From the human T2T-CHM13v2.0 reference genome, Homo sapiens, in assembly GCF_009914755.1 (NCBI RefSeq), contig NC_060930.1: a stretch of 64,000 nucleotides of DNA; one strand, 5' to 3'. The position numbers and the translations under genes were made by a program. Shown here in pieces: positions 21,782 to 59,533 of the stretch. Under the pieces are notes generated by a model, which made no database searches, was not told the origin of the DNA, and saw nothing but the letters and a program-made list of their open reading frames with translations. The first letter of the stretch is position 1. Each line of letters starts with the position of its first letter.

Positions 21782-22399
21782 AATACAAACCCATCTACCC
21801 ATTTGGATTTCTCAGAGTGTAAGGTTGGTATGCTTTATTTCTCTTTCTGGTGGTTTTTGTTTTGTGCCTCCTCCTGGCACCCCTCCTATTAAGGCCTACA
21901 AAATACCTCTCTAACCCATATTCACTAGGGTTTACTCCTACCCCTCTGATTCTTCCTGAAAAATGATATCTCCATACGCATTTCTCAATTTTCACTATCA
22001 TTTGAAAGCTAAAGTGGAGGGGTGGGAAGAAAGCATCTCCAGACATCCGCATGGTGTTTCAGGCTCTGCCAAGTGTCTACCACCATTCCCCTGTGCCCAG
22101 GATAAAGTGCAGAATTCACATGCTGCTCTTCAAGGCCCTGCACAAAAGGGTTTTAGCCCAACTTTCCAGTTCTTCCAAATTGCAGTATAACCAAACTGCT
22201 CTTTCCTGATAGACTGGAATTCTTGAAGGACAGAAACTAGGCATTGAATACTTCTTGCATTCCCCAGTTTGCTTTCCCTGCTTCTTTTCACATAATAAAT
22301 GCTAAATTCTTATTTCTTGACTTTACATGGTTTCCATGGGTTCCTAAGAGCTTCCAACAGGCATTTGCATTTTATGCTGCTTGTGGTAAGCGCCAGCGC

Positions 22400-22620
22400 C
22401 GGATTGCATGAAAACCTGGATTAGAATGCTGCCTCTGAGACCAACAAGCTGGAGGACCTTGGACAGATTTCTCAGCCTTTTTAAGTTTCCGTGTTTTAAA
22501 TCGTCATATAGAAAGAGAGCTATCTAATGTAGACAGCTGTGTTGGGAATAGAGTGCAGCGGCACGTGTGTGACATGTCGTAATGCCTGGCCTACCCCATG
22601 GGCTCGGTGAATGCTAGAAC
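22400..22620 (+). mobile_element. MIR fragment (others at ~13110-13300 and ~37580-37750)
   Basis: gaccttggacagatttctcagcctttttaagtttccgtgttttaaatcg resembles the MIR core. Confidence 0.5.
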
Positions 22621-22708
22621 CTGACCTCATGGGTGGTTCTAAAAAGCTAATGTGTGTAAAGCCTAACACAGTGCCAGCAACACAGAAGATGCTTTAAATT
22701 CTAAAAAT

Positions 22709-23090
22709 GGGGAGCAAAGCAGCGTGGCCGGGGTCCGAGCTGGGGTTCTGTCCCCACTGGGCTGTCGCCCCAGCTGGACTACCACCATGGAACTCAGGGC
22801 CGAATACCTCAGGGAGAAGCTGCAGCGGGACCTGGCGGCGGAGCATGTGGCGGTGGAGGACAACACGACCCTCAACCATTGCGCCTGTAGCTTCTGGCGG
22901 TGTCGGCCAAGTTCGAGGGGAAGCCGCTGCTTCAGAGACACCGCCTGGTGAACGCGTGCCTAGCAGAAGCGCTCCTGCGCATCCATGCCTTTGAACAGAA
23001 AACCCTAATCCCAGAGCAGTGGGCCCGTGAGCGGCAGAAATGAGGGACTGGGACCTGCACAGCCATTAAATTACAAATCTGGAAAAAAAA
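22709..23090 (+). pseudogene. BOLA2P3: BOLA2 processed pseudogene
   Basis: ATG 22787 MELRAEYLREKLQRDLAAEHVAVEDNTTLNHCACSF, then a frameshift (~7 nt missing where BOLA2 reads RVL); the shifted frame gives VSAKFEGKPLLQRHRLVNACLAEALLRIHAFEQKTLIPEQWARERQK* ending at 23043. No introns. ATTAAA 23065-23070, polyA 23083-23091, TSD aaattctaaaaat (22696-22708) / aatttctaaaaat (23090-23102). The P3 number is from recall. Confidence 0.93.
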
Positions 23091-23115
23091 ATTTCTAAAA
23101 ATAAATCTCCTGAAT

Positions 23116-23285
23116 CAATGTTTCTCAGTCTGCTACACGAATCCCCAGCATCAGAATTACCTGGAGATTCTTGTTAAGGGTAGCGATTATACAGATCGCC
23201 AGCCACCGTCAGACTGTGGGGATGGGGCCTTAATGAGCCCCCCATAGATTTCCAGTGCTCACTGAAGTTTGGAAATCAGTACCCT
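23116..23285. mobile_element. MER5-type hAT MITE
   Basis: caatgtttctca...atcagaattacctggag...gctcactgaagtttggaaatcagt; a similar element lies at ~34285-34470. Confidence 0.55.
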
Positions 23286-23617
23286 CACTGTATTTTAGCA
23301 TATTCTCACAATAAGTATGCAGGCGAGGGATTATGACGCCCTCATTGTTTTAACATGGAGAAATTGAGTTGAGAATGGCCCAATGGCTGATCTGAGGTCA
23401 CAAGATCAGAAGTGCCAGAAAGGGTATTGGAACTCTATCTCCTGAGCCCTAGAATCAGCCTAGAACTTATTTCTCTAAATAGATGTCTTCTCCATTTCTA
23501 CCCAAGGCTTGGTCCCTTGGCAAAAATTGGCAGTCCCTGCACTTCCCTCAGCCCTCTGACTCCTATCCATTTTCTCAAGGATGCCCTTCCACCATCCTTG
23601 TTAAAAGTTTAAGTTTG

Positions 23618-23918
<301 letters not shown>

Positions 23919-23946
23919 GTGTAAGTTTAAGTAATTAGCCAAGTTA

Positions 23947-23947
<1 letters not shown>

Positions 23948-23978
<31 letters not shown>
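23948..23978. repeat. (TG)n microsatellite
   Basis: About 15 TG units. Confidence 0.95.
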
Positions 23979-23980
<2 letters not shown>

Positions 23981-25155
23981 TCCAGTTAAACAAATGTGTG
24001 CTAAAAGATGAACCCAGGGACTGATTTTTGGTAGAAGTATCCAAGGCAGAGAACAGAAATAATATAAATATAGTGCCTGGAACTTCTGCTTTGTTGTTTA
24101 AAAGGCAGAGCTTCCAGCAAGTGAGAAAATTGGAAATTATTCAGAGCACACTCAGCCTTTATAGAGAGGGCTATCGTCTACCCATTATATCCTAATGAGA
24201 TTGACCGTTGGCTACAGTTAACTTGAAGGGTTTTATGGTTTCCTGCATGTGTTGTTTTCCTTCTCTATGTTAAAAAGAAGAAAAAAAAAAACTCTCACAT
24301 CACTAAACGGTATTTCCCAGGGGGATGTCTGACTAGGCTGCTGCATTTTGGTTTGGGCCTTAGTTAACAATGGACCTCTATGTGTGTATGTTTGTGGATA
24401 CAGGTGATAATAAATTTAGCCCATTTTATTTTCTTTTGACAGTTTCAATTCAGGGCAGTTGGTTTATGGGGTACCGCCAAACAAGCCAGGCCTAAGTCAA
24501 GTCATGGCAGGAAGTTTCTTGTAGGGCCTTCCTTTACCCTGCAGATTTTTTGTTGAAGGACAAAGTTCTAAGTCATTTGTGGACCAATATACACAGCTGC
24601 TTTGCATCATACGTAAGACATTCTAAGGGTATTCCATTTGAGTGTTTTTTTTAAAGGGCAGGACATTAAGAAACAAATGAAATATCATTTACTTAGCCCA
24701 CTTACTTCTTTAGATATTTTTCCAAATACATAATTCTTTGGATTAGTTTTTAAACACATAATGAATGTGCTATTTCCTGACATAACATGCAGTTGAAAGG
24801 CAAGTGAAAACACTATTATCCTTAGTAGGTAGGCTCTCTCCAGGCAGTGAATGCCCAGCAGTGTAGGGCGATGGTTGGCTAATACATGTGATGCATGTAA
24901 CTGCTTTTATAAGAGCTAAGCAGAAGGAGCCTGTTGAATGATCAGTTAGCTCCCGTTGTATATGTGGTTAATTGTTACTTTCTTTCCTACCGGCCCCTGC
25001 CCTAACTTCCTCAGATCAACACCTAAAGCCTGTGAAAATAGTCTCTTCTGGAACCCCTGACCTTCAGTCTCTGCCCCTGCTTTCTCTCTTCCCATTCCCA
25101 CACTTTCTATGTGGACCTTTTATCTCTCCTGTTTGCCAATCCCCCTCAGACTTTG

Positions 25156-25299
25156 AATAATTTATCTGAAGTTCCTGGGAAGTTGTGGGGCTGTCTGTAG
25201 TCTCAAAATACACTGCACTTTGTTCCTTCTCTAGGCCGAGGTAGGTCCAAAAGCCTGTCTTTGAAAGAGGTGGTACTAAGTACATTGAGGGATTTACTA
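25156..25299 (+). repeat. Copy 1 of a ~145 bp dispersed direct repeat
   Basis: Aligns by eye to 32044-32190 at ~85-87% identity with one short gap. Confidence 0.9.
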
Positions 25300-26307
25300 A
25301 CAGTTTTAATTTTTTGGATGAGCACCCAATGAATCCAAAAGCTGGAGGAAAGAAAAAATAAGGGGCAAAAGATGAAGGTGAATACTACTTTGTAATTCTG
25401 ATATCTCCCAAAGAATGTCAAGTAAATTAAGGGAACACTGATTAAGATTTCCAGTTCCTATTGTTATAACAATGTATTTTATACATGTCTTTTCAAATAC
25501 ATGAGAGTTTTCCTTGAGTAGTTACTAGAAGTGGAAAGTGCTGGATCTTAGTCTTATAGACATAGGCTTTTGACAGTTTCCGTACCCTGGAGCTGGTTAG
25601 GCGTAAAGTGGTTTGAGGAGAGAAAAACTAGTGATATGTCTAAATGAACACAGGTTAAAAAGTAAACCAAACTTTGAAACAATCATTTTAACCCCCGGAG
25701 AAGGTGAATAGATTATTTTAATATGTAAGCAGATACATCTGCAAATCATACTGAGATGATTTTTCTATCCCAAGTGTCTGATAACATATATGAATAGAAA
25801 AGCGAACAATTACAGAAACAGCCTTGACACTGACATGGTGACAAAGTATGGGGATTTTAGTACTTCCGAAATAAACATCAGAACAGAGATCAACTCTCTT
25901 CGGTCTTTTTCTTCTTCCATTAGAACTCATCAGGCTGATTCCCATTTCTGCATTACTAGCCTTACTTTTTTTTTTGCTAGGCTCTGTGATGCAAGGAACA
26001 GAATCACTCAAGTAACCTGAAATCATGGGGCTTTATTACAAAGAGACACGGGGCTTTATTACAAAGAAACACAAGACTACAAGGGAACTGAAAATGTCAT
26101 GGTAGTTCTGGGAGAAATAGTGTTCAAGATCCACGGCAGCTCTGGAGAGATTAAGTGGTTACCAATTTAGCATTAAGATTATGCAGATAATTAATATTGC
26201 TCAGGTATTCTCTTAGTATTCCTGTGTGTGTTGATTTTCTCCCAATACCAAATCTTGCTTCTGTTCTCCATATTTTGTCCTTCATATTCCCTTTTAAGAC
26301 AGCTCTG

Positions 26308-27165
<858 letters not shown>

Positions 27166-28313
27166 GACAGCTCTGCATGGCAGTTATTTCATCAATTACT
27201 TACCAAGCAATGAAACGGCTGCTTTGGGGTTGTGTGCCTACTTTTGGACAAATCACTTATTAATGTATTATATTCTTCACTCTCCCATCCCTCTTTGTTT
27301 TGCTTTTGTTCCTAGGGTCTCATGGCCCTCATACGTCCTCTTATATTTTTTCTTTGATCTTCATATACTAAGGGAGGGTGAACCCCAGGCTTCATGGAAC
27401 ATCCACCCTTCCTCCTCTACCATCCACAATATCCTCATTTCAAACAGACTGGCTTGGCTTTTATCTATTTAAAATTCTAACCTTTTCCCTATAGCTCGAA
27501 TTTTGGCACTCAGGCCTAGAGATATAAAGAGTAGAGATTAAATATGCCACATTCTAAAGGGAAGCCAGGTGATGCCCTTACCCCAGTAATCCAGAGCAGA
27601 AAGGATCCTACCATAGTCAGTATTCCCCTCCTCAACACGGCTCCTCCAGTCCAAATAAGCACAGGATTGGAAAAAGGGAAGGAAGAGAGCCAAGGAGTCC
27701 TGAAACATCCTCGAGGGGAACCCAGTGCTTCCTCACCCCATTCCAAAACCAAGTGACGGGAAAGTTCCAAAGGATTCTCCAGGAGAATAATTCATAAGAG
27801 AGTGGGGTGTCTGCAGGAAGGGAAGACTGGCATTTTATTTGTAGTCCGTCATCTGCTTAACCAGCTGAGTTGTTCTACCAGAGAGAGAGGGGGTCGGGAA
27901 TGTGCAGATGGGCTGGAGAGGATTGTTGACTATCTGCTTTCTACCATTCGACACAGCAAGGATATGCATCTCCATGGGTCAAGTACATGGAAGCAGGAAT
28001 TGATGAATCAAGAAGGTTGTGGGGAGTACTGTGGTGAGCGGGAATTAGAGTGGTATAGAAGAATTCTGTCTGGAGTTTTCCAAGGCAGAATGGACTTGGA
28101 GGAAAGAAGGACCCACCTATGCGCTCTTGGGAAAACCAGCATTTGGATGCCCACTTTTAAAAAGGCCCATCAATGGCCAGTAGGTGTTAGCTGGAGAATC
28201 AGCTCACAGCGACAGCCACAGGCCTCTAACGGTGACTGGTTAAGTAGAGGGATACTTGTATTTTTCCCTGTCCTGCATCCTTTCCCCAACACACTAGAGG
28301 AGCTAGGCTTTGA

Positions 28314-29457
<1,144 letters not shown>

Positions 29458-29470
29458 CTACTGTTGGAAC

Positions 29471-31093
29471 TGAGACAGCAAAATATAAGGAAGTCCCTGG
29501 AGAACCCCTGACTGGCCTGCCCAGTGGGAGAACGGGGTGGAGTCGCGGGAAGTTTTCACCCTTTTCAGTGGGGAAGGAAGCTGACCTCTCCTGTTCCCTG
29601 GAATTCAATCTATGAGATGGGGGCCTGTTAATAGGAAGCTCTCTCGCTTTGCTGAGTTTTTTCTTCTTTTCACCTAATAAATTCCATTTTTATCACCCTT
29701 CAAAGTGTCAGCAAGCCTAATCTTTCTTGATCGTGTGTGACAAAGACCCTGTATTCAGCTGAACCAAGGAGAAAGTCCTACTGTGTCCGGAATTGGTAGG
29801 TTCTTGGTCTCACTGACTTCAAGAATGAAGCTGCGGACCCTCATGGTGACTGTTACCGTTCTTAAAGGCGGCATGTCTGGAGTTTGTTCTTTTTGATGTT
29901 CGGATGTGTTCGGAATTTCTTCCCTCTGGTGGGGTTCGTGGTCTCACTGGCTCAGGAGTGAAGCTACAGATAGATCTTCGCAGTGAGTGTGTTACAGCTC
30001 ATAAAGGCAGTGTGGACCCAAAGAGTAAACAGCAGCAAGATTTATTGCAAAGAGCAAAAGAACAAAGCTTCCGCACTGCAAAAGGGGACTCGAGTGGGTT
30101 GCCACTGCTCGTTGGGGCAGCCTGCTTTTTTTCTCTTATCTGGCCCCACCCACATCCTGCTGATTGGTCCATTTTACAGAGAGCCCGGTGGTCTGTTTTG
30201 ACAGGGCGCTGATTGGTGCGTTTACAATCCCCGAGCTAGACACAAAGGTTCTCCACTTCCCCACTAGATTAGCTAGATACAGAATGTCCACACAAAAGTT
30301 CTCCAAGTCCCCACCAGAGAAGCTAGATACAGAGTGTCGATTGGTGCATTCACAAACCCTGAGCTAGACACAGGGTGCTGATTGGTGTTTACAAACCTTG
30401 AGCTGGATAGAGTGCCGACTGGTGTATTTACAATCCCTTAGCTAGACAAAAAGGTTCTCCAAGTCCCCACCAGACTCAGAAGCCCAGCTGGCTTCACCCA
30501 GAGGATCCCACACCAGGGCTGCAGGTGGAGCTGCCTGCCAGTCCCGTGCCGTGCGCCCGCACCCCTCAGTCCTTGGGCGGTTGATGGGACTGGGCGCCGT
30601 GGAGCAGGGGGCGGTGCTCGTCAGAGAGGCTCGGGCAGCACCAGAGCCCAAGGGGAGGGGGGTAGGGAGGCTCAGGCATGGCGAGCTGCAGGTCCCCAGC
30701 CCTGCCCCGCGGGAAGGCAGCTAAGGCCCTCTGAGAAATTGAGCACAGCAGCTGCTGGCCCAGGTGCTAAGCCCCTCACTGCCTGGGGCTGGCGCGGCCT
30801 CCCGGCCACTCTGAGTGCGGCACCGGCCAAGCCCACGCCCACCCGGAACTCGCGCTCTCCAGCAAGCATCGCGTGCAGCCCAGGTTCCCGCCGGGGCCTC
30901 TCCCTCCACACCTCCCCACAAGCTGAGGGAGTGGGCTCCGGCCTTGGCCAGCCCAGAAAGGGGCTCCCACAGTGCAGTGGCGGGCTGAAGGGCTCCTCAA
31001 GCGCGGCCAGAGTGGGCGACAAGGCCGAGGAGGCCCCGAGAGCAAGCAAGGGCTGTGAGGGCTGCCAGCATGCTGTCACCTCTCACTACAACA
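29471..31093 (+). mobile_element. MER61-like ERV1 solo LTR (29471-29781 plus 31086-31093) split by an LTR12C
   Basis: Begins tgagacagc, internal AATAAA, ends agctgaaccaaggagaaagtcctac|aaca; 4-bp TSD gaac (29467-29470 / 31094-31097). Confidence 0.75.
29782..31085 (-). mobile_element. LTR12C (HERV9) solo LTR
   Basis: Minus strand starts tgagaggtgacagcatgctggcag and ends ccaattccggacaca; CpG-rich U3, repeated CCAAT (gattggt) units at 30159-30385; 4-bp TSD ctac (29778-29781 / 31086-31089). Confidence 0.92.
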
Positions 31094-31447
31094 GAACATC
31101 CATGTGACAAACTGGCAAAAGATATTTTGGGCTAGGTTTGGGTCTGCTTTGTGGGAGTTCAATCTTATCTAGTCATCATAGAGACCAAGATACACTACCC
31201 CCTTTCTTTCTCCTTTACACAGATATACTCAGAGAAAATCCACACATAACCACCCAGAGCAGTTCCTCTTTCATCTGTTTTACATAAATGATTCTGCTTT
31301 AAAAATGGAGAAAAAAAACCTACTATTTTGGGATGTGATCATAGAGTCACTGATCACAGAATTTTGAACTTTTTAGATGACAAAGAATATTTAGGGGCCA
31401 TTTGACCTAGCTCCCTGGCTTGATCCTACCAAATTCCCCAAACATAT

Positions 31448-31515
31448 TAACATAACATAACATAACATAACATAACATAACATAACATAACAACATACCA
31501 AACATCATAACATAA
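31448..31515. repeat. (AACAT)n pentanucleotide microsatellite
   Basis: About 8 perfect units plus a degenerate tail. Confidence 0.95.
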
Positions 31516-31695
31516 TGTTCAGGCCTGTTCTGTCTTGGATGCTGGTTCATGCTCCAAAATTAACTATTATCAAAATCGTTATAAAAATCCCTGTCCCCTC
31601 AATAATAAATAATAATAATCATAATAAAACACAATAAAACCCACTGTGTTTTCCTTTAAGACTGCTGTTAGGTAGGTGTTTTAACATCAATATGA

Positions 31696-33950
<2,255 letters not shown>

Positions 33951-36148
33951 GTATATATATATATAAAATATATTATATATACTATAATTATAATATAATA
34001 TATAATATAATTTAATATTATATATATATTTATGTCACTAAGCATTATTTGTCCCTATTAATGAGTTTTTTAGCCCCATTTAAATTTTGTACCTGCCCCA
34101 ACTCAGAGTCTCTGGTGGTGGGTTTGGTGTGTGATTTGCTAGCTCCGGGATGGTCTATACCTCTGAGTCCTTTTTGTATTTCTCTATTTTTGTATTTGCC
34201 TTTGTCCAGCAGCCGGCTTCGCAGGATTTAACTATTTTTAATTGTGCTCCTGAAACATGAGAACAATTGTCCTTAATTGTTAGCATGCATAAGGATCATC
34301 TGGGGTGCTTGTTAAAAATGTAGATTTCCAGTCCTCCTGCCCTGCAATTTGGATTAACTACCCTGAGGTGGAATCAGGATGTCTGAACCTCTGTATGTCT
34401 ACATTTTTAAGCAAACAAACAAAAATGGTTCTGATGCAGGTGGTTTGCAAACCGCACTTGAGAAATTCATGACAAGTATGTTTAAAAGTGTCTATTTCAG
34501 GAATAGTTACGTTTGGTGAGTTATGCCCTGTCTCATCAGAGGCAAAAAGGGTTACTAGGAAATGGCAACTGACTATGGAGTAGCTACCAAAAATGGACAA
34601 TAAGAAAGTTACTCTCCAAGCCAACCCTATAAGGAACAGAAAGCAAGGGCCAGAAACCAGCTCCAGTAGGCTGGTAGCAATCTCTGGCAGGTAGAATTTC
34701 CTGATAATTCAGCAGACAGTAAATAAACCAGCACATGTGTAAGCACTTGGTGTCTATAGGCAGCTCACAAATGCAAGGAGATATCGTTATATATTTATTC
34801 AGTGTTTTTAGAGACACTTAATGTTCCACAGAACATTGCATTCCTTTACAAATCCTCATTCTGCCAAATTTTCTAAATTTAATAGGATTATCCCCTAATG
34901 GAAGGCTTTAACAATATTTCTCAAATTGAGGTTTGAGAACCACCTATTTAGTATGTAATCCACAAACGATAGGTGACTTTTTCTGAAAATGTTATCTGGA
35001 GCTCCCTAAAACACTTCTTTGCAGCCTCAGGCACTTGTGGAAACTCGCCAAATTATTTAAATCAAGATGAGAGGAATTTAATAACAGAAGCTAACACTCA
35101 ACAGTTCCTATGGGCAGGTCCCATGCATTTGCATGGATTCTCTACCACATGTATTTCTCTCAGAGTGGACAAGAATCTTAGTTCTTAGTCAACAGGCAAA
35201 ATTCAAACTCTGTAAGTAGGAACCAAGAACGGAGCGCTTAACTACTACACTGCTCCTAGCAGTGACAGAGGGTGTGCTCCTGTGACCCTAAGCCTCCCCC
35301 TCACCAGGGTAACATTCTCAACCAGTTTTATCACTGCTTCTTTACAAGACATTATTCCAGATGACCCCCGTCTTAGTTCTCTGCTGTGGACATTTCACAT
35401 TTTTGAAGGGTCTTTGAAGACTGAAGACCGCATCCCTCAGCATAAAGCTTACATGTGTCCCATCAGCCCCAAACCTTCCTAAAGTCACCCTGTCTTCCCA
35501 GAGGTGGTCACACTGCTGCTGTCTCAGAGCTTCGCCCTCCACAAAGTGGACTTTTTCTCTTATGTGGCTGCTAAGCTTCAGCATCCCTATCTGATGCTCA
35601 TGGGACCCATCATTGATCCCATCTGAATTGTATTTGATAGTGGTTTTAGTTGGTATACAATGATTTTGATCCTGTTTCTCCAACGGGGCATCCACACTGA
35701 GTCTCTCCAACGCATCTCCATTTTGCTGGCCCACACTGGCTTTGGGTGAGGCATGTGCTGTGTTTGGGAATCCTTATTATCTTCCTGGAACAAGATGCAG
35801 GACAGCTGGTTAGGTGAGTGCCTCAGTGTGCTTCCTTTGAAAGGCAGGAAGCAGAAGAGGGTTTTGCTGTCACTCCGCTGTCTGCTGTGCCGTAGAGAGG
35901 GAGCTTCCAGCCCTGGCGATTTCTGCTTTCCTTTTTCAGAGGCTGGAGATCTTCTTAGCCCCCTACCCTTTTCTTTTTTGGCAGGTGGGGAGCAGGGAAT
36001 TCACTGGGCCAGGGATGGGAGGTGTGGGGAAGAGTGGAGAGTGAGCTGAGCCTCGTGATTACCAGGAAGGTATTGAAGTATTTTGTATGTTTGGAAGGTA
36101 ACAGGGTGAGGTTAAAAGGTAAATCTAGTTTTTCTCTGTCCACATTCC

Positions 36149-36150
<2 letters not shown>

Positions 36151-36192
<42 letters not shown>
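36151..36192. repeat. (AC)n microsatellite
   Basis: About 21 AC units. Confidence 0.95.
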
Positions 36193-36196
<4 letters not shown>

Positions 36197-36991
36197 CACA
36201 CTCAAGCCCTCATGTTGTACTGTTTCTGCCACCGTTTCCCTGCTGTTGTATTGCTAGAAGAGGAAGGTGATATTTTGGAAGACATTTGATCCATCTAATG
36301 GAAGAGGAAGAAAACAGAGAGATGAGATCAGGGGAATTTCTGAAAAAGAAATTCTGAAACACAAGGGACAAAAGAGTGAGTCATCGAGTCAGCAACAATC
36401 ATGGGAGACCATCTGGCTCACGGCTTCCCAATTTTGTTTTTAGGGTTTTTAAAAATGTCTAAATGGCTTGACAATTACCTGCTCTGCTGCATTCAGGAGG
36501 GAGGAAGGGTTATTTACTTATTTACCTCTGACAATGAACATTTGTATAGAGATTGAGGTGGCACATTATATTTTGGGCTAGGTCTCTGAAATGAACCTTT
36601 GAAAACAATATATCTGGTTCGTAATGAAAAGGAAAAATAAAGTTAAAATAAGGTGGCAAGCCTTGGTTCACCTTTTTTCCTGGCTGGCAGATCTGCCTTC
36701 CCTCTGTTGTGGCTGAAAATTGCAGATGCTTAATTCCCAGACTCCTTTTCTGCCAGGAGCACCCTGTGTCCGAGAAGTTGACCTAAGGGCAAGTCTGCCG
36801 GGGAGGGGAGGGAGATGTCTCAGAGCGATTTTCCTGCCTGATAATGGGTGAGAGGCCACTGATGAGTGCCTATTCCTGTTTCCTTCCTGCTTAGCGTGCA
36901 CAGGGTGTGATGTTTGGAGCAGCTACGTGGCTGTCCTGTGGCCAGGAGCAAATGCCCAGAGAACCCTGGGAAGGCTGACCCAGGGCCCTGA

Positions 36992-40133
<3,142 letters not shown>

Positions 40134-40672
40134 TCATTCTGGAGTCTCTGGTCCTCTAATTGTACCTGTACTTGAATATATTGAAATCTGCTTTTCTAAT
40201 CTCCAGAAAAGTGTGTTGGATTCAACTTTTCCTCTTTCTATGGGATAATTCTGATTCCATGGTCTCCTTCCCACCAGCTCCCCTTGTCGTTTCTACTCTA
40301 CTAGGGTATTATTTTCCTGACAAGAATTAAATCTAGAAAGAACATCCAAATTTCACGTTAGAAGGGAAATTCTAATTTCTCAACACTCTAGATTAGAAAG
40401 GAAATTCACATATTTCAAAATTAATTAAAATCTCAAAACAAAGGAAAAAAATTACTTATTTTTAATTCTGTATCTCTTTCTTACTGGAATAATATGTGTT
40501 TCTCTTAGGATGTTACAATTGTAAATCAAAAATTATGCATAGTTGTGTTAATCTAAAGACTTGGAAGCAAATTTTTTCTATTTTTTTCTTCTTTGACAAT
40601 TTAATGGACACAAAACTTTAAAACCTAATGTGTATTATTATTAGTTATAACTGATTCTTTTAAAAATACTAT

Positions 40673-41564
40673 TGTTATGGGATTTTGGGGGCATTGATTT
40701 TCTGGCTGAAAACCTCTGTGGCCGTGGCACCTTTGCCCAAGTTCTCATCCTTCGTTCAGGAAGAATGAGGTATGCAGACAGGAAGAATGAGATATGCAGA
40801 CAACTGAAGGGTGAACAAGAAAAAGATGAGCTTTATTGAAAGGAGGCCCTAGAAAAGACGGCTCCCTCTCTGCTGGCAGGTCATCTCTGCAGCTCTCTCC
40901 GCAGAGAGGGTAGCTCCATCTCTGCAACTGGTTGTTCCCTCACCTGCAGCTATCAGCATAGAAGGTAGCTCCTCTCTGTAGCTGGTCATCCTATAATCTC
41001 TCTGCCTTCTTCTTCCTCTGGCCATCCTCTGCCCTGCTCTGGCTGAACCCTGGGCTTTTATGGACCTCAGAGGGGAGGAAGTACATGCCAATTTATCCAT
41101 GGGCAGCCATAGGTGGCCTGGAAGAGGCATCATGAGTCCCCACTCTGGTCCATGGGAATGGCAGCCCAGCCCTCAGCCTTCAGGCCCTCCCTGGCCTGAA
41201 GGAGGGGCCTTACTGTGAACCCACCCCCTTCTGCCCTGGAATCAGTCTGCCTCTGCTGCCATTCTTGACCCCAACCCCTGCTCTGAAATCATAGCAGGTG
41301 CTGGGAGTGGAGAGAGGCCAGGCAGCAGGAGCAGACACCCCCAAGCCTGCAGGGAGATGGGGGGATGTCCTTCCTGGGGCCCCCAAAGGTGCAGGCTGCA
41401 GAGATGCCCAGGTCCTGCCACTGGATTTGGGCAGCTGCAGCAGCACCCTGGGAGCCCCTGCCCCAACTCAGAAAAGGCCGGGCTCCCACTGGCTCCATGG
41501 AGTGTGCAGCCCTAGCCACGCCACCCTGCTGCAGCCAGCATGATGGCAGCAGCCATTGCCATCA
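40673..41564 (-). mobile_element. MER52-like ERV1 solo LTR
   Basis: Minus strand starts tgatggcaatggctgctgccatca and ends cccataaca; TSD ctat/ctgt. Confidence 0.75.
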
Positions 41565-41764
41565 CTGTAATCTTGGTTGCATTATGGCCAAAAATCATGT
41601 TTTTAAGAATCCTAACTTGATTGTTTCCTGCTATTCTTTTAAATGGAAGCTGCTTTTCTACTCTAATTTTTCATCAAAGTAGCTCTTGCTACCTTTGTGT
41701 TGGAACTGGATAGCCTTTTCTACACTTTTAAGAGTGATCAACTTAGACTAAATGGTGCAACTTG

Positions 41765-59533
<17,769 letters not shown>

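Noticed and set aside
31448-31515. Regular short repeats as a CRISPR-like array
   Set aside because: Simple microsatellite with no spacers; eukaryotic DNA.
41541-41564. Inverted repeat tgatggca...tgccatca
   Set aside because: Lies at the terminus of the MER52-like LTR and, from memory, is part of that consensus.
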